The notes below the pieces were generated by a model. It ran no database searches. It had not been told where the DNA came from and saw only the letters and a list, made by a program, of their open reading frames with translations. This document shows positions 27,649 through 31,772 of a stretch of 31,772 bases of DNA, piece by piece (the first letter of the stretch is position 1; every line of letters starts with the position of its first letter). This DNA is from Planctomycetota bacterium. GTDB lineage: Bacteria; Planctomycetota; Planctomycetia; Pirellulales; Lacipirellulaceae. The stretch is from contig JBCCXZ010000047.1 in NCBI GenBank assembly GCA_039190745.1, positions 1 to 31,772 of the forward strand, in the 5' to 3' direction. The translations under genes were made by a program, and so were the position numbers.

Positions 27649-27717
27649 GTAGGAGGCCTCTCCGAGGCCGATTCAACGACGCCAGCAAACGAAATCGGGC
27701 TCAGAGAGCCCTCCTAC
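27649..27717. repeat. REP-A inverted doublet (REPIN-like) between trmD and rplS
   Basis: GTAG-GA-GGCCTC-TCC-GAGGCC-GATT (27649-27673) and AATC-GGGCTC-AGA-GAGCCC-TC-CTAC (27693-27717). Confidence 0.88.
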
Positions 27718-27740
27718 AAGAAGCACAAAGGGATATCCCG

Positions 27741-28112
27741 ATGAGCCAAGACATCCTCAAGCACGTCGAACAATCGAGCCTCAAGCCCGAGCCGCCCGAG
27801 TTCGAGATCGGCGACACTGTCGACGTCCACACCAAGATCCTGGAAGGCGACAAAGAGCGTATCCAGATTTTCTCCGGCGTGGTCATCGCCCGCAGCGGCG
27901 AAGGTTCAAAGGAGATGTTCACCGTCCGCCGCATCGTCGCGGGCCAGGGCGTGGAGCGCAAGTTCCCCGTCCACTCGCCCCGCGTCGCCAAAGTCGAGGT
28001 CAAACGCAGCGGCGTCGTCCGCCGGGCGAAGCTCTACTACCTCCGCGAGCGCAGCGGCAAGGCCGTCCGCCTCAAGGAGCGCCGCACCGACCGGCCCAAA
28101 GCAAAGTCTTAG
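27741..28112 (+). CDS. rplS: 50S ribosomal protein L19
   Basis: [53 protein letters not shown]. Confidence 0.98.
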   Translation: MSQDILKHVEQSSLKPEPPEFEIGDTVDVHTKILEGDKERIQIFSGVVIARSGEGSKEMFTVRRIVAGQGVERKFPVHSPRVAKVEVKRSGVVRRAKLYYLRERSGKAVRLKERRTDRPKAKS

Positions 28113-28131
28113 GGCTTTAGGCTCAAGGCGA

Positions 28132-28158
28132 TAGCCGCGACGCTACGCGTCGCTGGCG
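28132..28158 (+). repeat. 27-bp hairpin repeat, copy 1
   Basis: TAGCCGCGACGCTACGCGTCGCTGGCG (stem GCGACGC/GCGTCGC), identical to 31163-31189. Confidence 0.9.
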
Positions 28159-28189
28159 CGGCACGATTGATGAACCACCGAACGAGATC

Positions 28190-28660
28190 GTGAGCAGCCG
28201 CCAACCGAAACCGGCGTTCCTCCCATTCCTCGGCGATCACCGTTCATCGTTCTGGCGACTGCTCCGGCAGCTACGCACGCCGAGCACGCTCGGCGAACTA
28301 GGTGAGCGTGCAGCGGCAACGCACCTCCGCCGCAGCGGCCTCCGCATCGTCACCACTCGGCGCCGCAACCGCTTTGGGGAGATCGACATCGTCGCCCTCG
28401 ACGGCGAGACGGTCGTTTTCGTCGAGGTGAAAACCCGCCGCAACGAGTCGCTCGCCCGTCCCATCGACGCGGTCGACCAACGCCGCCAAGACCGCCTGGT
28501 CCGCGCCAGCCTGGCGTTCCTCAAGTCGCACCGCCTGCTCGACTACCCCAGCCGCTACGACGTGGTCGAGGTCCTCTGGCCCAAAGGCGACAAGCGTCCG
28601 CAGGTCCGGCACCACGCGAACGCCTTCCAGTCGCGCTTACAGGGGCAAATGCACGCCTAG
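28190..28660 (+). CDS. yraN: YraN family (UPF0102) putative endonuclease
   Basis: LGELGERAAATHL, GEIDIVA, VVFVEVKTR, RYDVV; position after rplS is typical. Confidence 0.9.
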   Translation: MSSRQPKPAFLPFLGDHRSSFWRLLRQLRTPSTLGELGERAAATHLRRSGLRIVTTRRRNRFGEIDIVALDGETVVFVEVKTRRNESLARPIDAVDQRRQDRLVRASLAFLKSHRLLDYPSRYDVVEVLWPKGDKRPQVRHHANAFQSRLQGQMHA

Positions 28661-28838
28661 TCCCATCCGTTAGTAATATCGATTCGCCACGTTCTAATGC
28701 GGCTTTGCCGACGCCGCAGCACTGCTCGATCACCACCACGGCCGGTTGAGAAGAACTCCAGGTGTGATACGATCTCAGCGCTCCTGGTCCGCCGCCCGCG
28801 GAGTGTTGTTACCCCTACTCTCACACCCGGAACAGACG

Positions 28839-29798
28839 ATGGAACTATTGGTAGCGGGCCTGGTCGGCTTCACCATGCTCGTGATCTTCCTCGTCTTCCT
28901 AGGGAGTTGGTACCGGGCACGCCGCCGTGTGAGGCGGTACCAGAAAGCAGGGTTGCTGGCGGGCGGCGTCTTCCTTGGCCTCGAAGTGTTGATCCTCATT
29001 CTGCTGTCGCTTGAGAACACGCAGCCGCCGATCCTCTTCGTTCTGATTCTCGACGTCATCGGTTTCATCAAGATCGTCGCCTTCACGATCATGGGCGTCT
29101 ACTTCAGTGCAGAAATCGGTCTAGCCAGCTTTCCCCTATTGATGGGGAACCCACAGCCGGCCAACCCGTTGGACGCGGAAACAGACGGCGAACTCGACGG
29201 CGCCCTCGGCACAGCCTCCAATACCCACGCAGAGGCCTCTGAAGAGGGCGATCACGAGCCGATGCTGCAGGCAGACGAACAGGAACTCCCCTCCGCCGTC
29301 CAAGACCCGCAGCACACCACAAAGGCCGTCGAACTCAAGGAGGTGTGCCTGGCCACGCTGTGCGTTGTGGCCGCCGGGGGCGCATACTCGGCCGCGCTGT
29401 TTTTGTTGACCCGGCCGACCCTCTCGCAGGCCGCTAAAGCCGTCTTCGGCGGCAACCCCGACACATCGGTCAGCCCTTCAACCCTGCTCGCCGTGGCGGC
29501 CATCGCATTCGGTGAAGAAATCATCTTCCGCCTCGGGATTCAAAACTGGTTTGCCTACAAGTGCAAATGGACGGGTGAAAAGTACTGGATCGCGATCACG
29601 CTCAGCACCGTCATCTGGACCCTCGCCCACGTAGGCACGCTTGAACCGGAGTGGGTCAAGCTCCTGCAAGTCTTCCCGTTCGGTATCGCGTTGGGGGTGC
29701 TCTATAAGAAGTACGGCGCAGAGAGCGCGATCGCGGCTCACGTCTTGTTCAACCTCATCCTCACGCCCCTTGGCAACTACTTCATCAATATGCAGTAG
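28839..29798 (+). CDS. CPBP (Abi/Rce1-like) intramembrane glutamic endopeptidase
   Basis: Multiple TM segments; EEIIFR, WTLAH and AHVLFN motifs. ATG 28839 chosen as start. Confidence 0.88.
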   Translation: MELLVAGLVGFTMLVIFLVFLGSWYRARRRVRRYQKAGLLAGGVFLGLEVLILILLSLENTQPPILFVLILDVIGFIKIVAFTIMGVYFSAEIGLASFPLLMGNPQPANPLDAETDGELDGALGTASNTHAEASEEGDHEPMLQADEQELPSAVQDPQHTTKAVELKEVCLATLCVVAAGGAYSAALFLLTRPTLSQAAKAVFGGNPDTSVSPSTLLAVAAIAFGEEIIFRLGIQNWFAYKCKWTGEKYWIAITLSTVIWTLAHVGTLEPEWVKLLQVFPFGIALGVLYKKYGAESAIAAHVLFNLILTPLGNYFINMQ

Positions 29799-30118
29799 GC
29801 AGCGGGAGCTGCGCGACTCAGACCCTTTATCACGCTGCCCGTATCAGCTAACTCTTGCCGGCCTCACTTGCCGCAGCAGCGAAGCCCTTTCGTGCTTCGT
29901 CCGCAGTAAGCCACACGCGTAGCCGGCACGCGAAAGAATCATCTATTCGCTTTTCCGAGAGTCACCCGGCACGGTTGCTCCTCAGTTTGGCAGGTTGTAG
30001 TATCGTTTCTGGCGTCCCGCACCGATCTATACGGTTTTTTAATCTAAAAGGCTCGCTTAGGGCTTATCAGGGGCAAGGTGCGGAAGCGCTCCATCGGAAC
30101 CTAGAGGAGACGAGTACG

Positions 30119-30823
30119 ATGAGAAAAACCAACGCTATCTTTGCGCACTCTCTGTGCGTGATCTCAGCCGTGGCTATTCTAGCGCCTGGCGCGTCGGGAG
30201 CTTTCACAGTCTTCAATGATCGCTCCGGCTGGGAGGCTTGGGTTTCAGGGGTGATCGAAACCGAAGATTTCAATTCAATTGTCACCGACACGCGCATCGA
30301 CGGCGTCCCCGCTCCTCTCAACAACATGACGGTCTCGGGTCAGTCGGCCTTGGGCGACCCTGACCTGACTTTAATCGAAGCCCCGCCGTTCGACGGCAAC
30401 GACTTCTACCAGTTCGACGGCACCAGCTTCTTAGTAACCATTATCAACAGCAACCGTGGCGACTTCCTCCGATTCGACTTCGACACGCCGGTCACGGCGT
30501 GGGGTGCGGAAACGATCGGCGTTTCAAACGAGGGCCGCCGCACCTCGATATTGGTTTTTGATGCCAACGACACCCTCTTGGGCAGGATCGACCCGCTCGC
30601 CCCCAAACCGCAGAGCGGCAATTTCTTTTCCGACTTCCGCTCCTTCTACGGATTCTCGCTCGATAGTTCGGCAGCGTCTTACGTCCTCTGGGAGAGCACG
30701 ACGGCCGGCGACGCCTTCGGGGTCGACGACATCGCTTTCGTCGCCGTCCCGGAGCCCGCAGCAGCGGGTCTTGCTGCTACGGTCTTGGCGATGTTGAGCA
30801 GGTTTCAACGCTCGCGGATCTAA
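30119..30823 (+). CDS. PEP-CTERM sorting-domain surface protein
   Basis: GAGGAG RBS; signal MRKTNAIFAHSLCVISAVAILAPGASG; FGVDDIAF-VAVPEP, hydrophobic stretch, then RFQRSRI. Confidence 0.88.
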   Translation: MRKTNAIFAHSLCVISAVAILAPGASGAFTVFNDRSGWEAWVSGVIETEDFNSIVTDTRIDGVPAPLNNMTVSGQSALGDPDLTLIEAPPFDGNDFYQFDGTSFLVTIINSNRGDFLRFDFDTPVTAWGAETIGVSNEGRRTSILVFDANDTLLGRIDPLAPKPQSGNFFSDFRSFYGFSLDSSAASYVLWESTTAGDAFGVDDIAFVAVPEPAAAGLAATVLAMLSRFQRSRI

Positions 30824-30845
30824 AGCCATTACTCAAAGATTCGTG

Positions 30846-30888
30846 GCTCGGGGTTCTGATCAGGGCAGAGCTTTTCAGAGCCCCGAGC
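30846..30888. repeat. Inverted repeat downstream of the PEP-CTERM gene (REP remnant or terminator-like hairpin)
   Basis: GCTCGGGGTTCTGA ... TCAGAGCCCCGAGC, a 14-bp stem with one G-T pair and no following U-tract. Confidence 0.55.
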
Positions 30889-31041
30889 GTCAGCGAGGGG
30901 CCGACCCGCCGCCCACTTCCCCATCTCACTCATTTCCCGCTCGAAAATGGGCCACCCACTGTGGTATACAGAGGAATGGCCCGGGATGGTCCGCCGACGA
31001 TCCCTAGGACTGCTGAGCAAGCAGAGGGTGTCGAGAAGCGC

Positions 31042-31070
31042 CTCTGCGACCTCCGCGTCCTCTGCGGTGA
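31042..31070 (-). repeat. 9-mer array copy (CTCTGCG family)
   Basis: CTCTGCGACCTCCGCGTCCTCTGCGGTGA, closely matching CTCTGCGAACTCCGCGTTCTCTGCGGTGA near 19288-19316. Confidence 0.8.
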
Positions 31071-31162
31071 TCACCCCATCTACTATCGAGAAACCCGATA
31101 GTAGGCCACCGAAAACTAAACACGTTCAGACGCAAACTCGAATTATTAAGTCCGCCCGCAAC

Positions 31163-31189
31163 TAGCCGCGACGCTACGCGTCGCTGGCG
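31163..31189 (+). repeat. 27-bp hairpin repeat, copy 2
   Basis: Identical to 28132-28158. Confidence 0.9.
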
Positions 31190-31330
31190 AACCCGCCAAT
31201 CGAGACGACAAAACACCCGACTTTTGGCGTATCGCCGCGTGTTCGTTCCTGGGGGCCTAAACCCGCTCGACGCGACAAAACCCCGCCGCAACAGCCTACT
31301 ACGCGAGCCCACCACGGAAGGTAACCAAGC

Positions 31331-31772
31331 ATGACCAAGCACATCTTCGTCACCGGCGGCGTCGTCAGCTCCCCTCGGCAAGGGGCTCACCAGCGCCTCG
31401 ATCGGCATGCTCCTCGAGCGCCGCGGTCTGCGGGTGCGCATGCAGAAGCTCGACCCGTACATCAACGTCGACCCGGGCACGATGAACCCGTACCAGCACG
31501 GCGAGGTGTACGTGCTCGACGACGGGTCGGAGATGGACCTCGACCTCGGTCACTACGAGCGGTACACGAACGCACCACTCACGGCCGACTGCAACTACAC
31601 CACCGGCAAGATCTACCAGGAGATCATCCGCAAGGAGCGCGCCGGCGAGTACCTCGGCCAGACGGTGCAGGTGATCCCGCACGTCACCGACGAGATCAAG
31701 AAGGCGATCGACGCGCTGCGCGGCGACGACGTCGACGTCGTCATCACCGAGATCGGAGGCACGGTCGGCGAC
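31331..31772 (+). CDS. pyrG: CTP synthase, 5' part (3' truncated by window), with an apparent +1 frameshift at 31371-31374
   Basis: [14 protein letters not shown] from ATG 31331. In the +1 frame it continues [14 protein letters not shown]...[23 protein letters not shown]...DLDLGHYER...[13 protein letters not shown]...EIGGTVGD. Confidence 0.95.
   Translation, partial: MTKHIFVTGGVVSSPRQGAHQRLDRHAPRAPRSAGAHAEARPVHQRRPGHDEPVPARRGVRARRRVGDGPRPRSLRAVHERTTHGRLQLHHRQDLPGDHPQGARRRVPRPDGAGDPARHRRDQEGDRRAARRRRRRRHHRDRRHGRR

Noticed and set aside
28746..30118. Upstream extensions of the CPBP (28746) and PEP-CTERM (29855) ORFs
   Set aside because: Downstream ATGs at 28839 and 30119 give a proper TM start and a signal peptide with RBS; the extensions look non-coding.

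Overview
GC-rich bacterial chromosomal DNA, most likely from a planctomycete. This is inferred from the PEP-CTERM protein with a dockerin-like GDxNGDG pair, the oversized prepilins and the ffh-rpsP-trmD-rplS order lacking rimM. Bases 1-18.5 kb hold a type IV filament locus: the tail of a GspE/PilB-type ATPase, pilT, an MshEN-bearing pilB, pilC with an extra hydrophobic insertion, four large prepilin-like proteins (362-470 aa), a 2051-aa GspK/PilX-like protein and a PEP-CTERM surface protein. The middle encodes a TlpA-like thioredoxin, a probably Tat-exported transglutaminase-like protein, a Cys/Pro/Gln-rich lipoprotein, an alpha/beta hydrolase, a DinB-family protein and a class IV aminotransferase. 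The right end has ffh-rpsP-trmD-rplS-yraN, a CPBP intramembrane protease, a second PEP-CTERM protein and the 5' part of pyrG, which carries a +1 frameshift. Intergenic DNA is dense in REP-like hairpins, nested inverted repeats and inverted heptamer arrays. The best candidates for undescribed systems are (i) the retractile filament with a giant Ca-binding tip and PEP-CTERM partner, and (ii) a possible envelope cross-linking module (Cys/Pro/Gln lipoprotein, transglutaminase, thioredoxin). No tRNA, rRNA, CRISPR array or transposase gene was seen.
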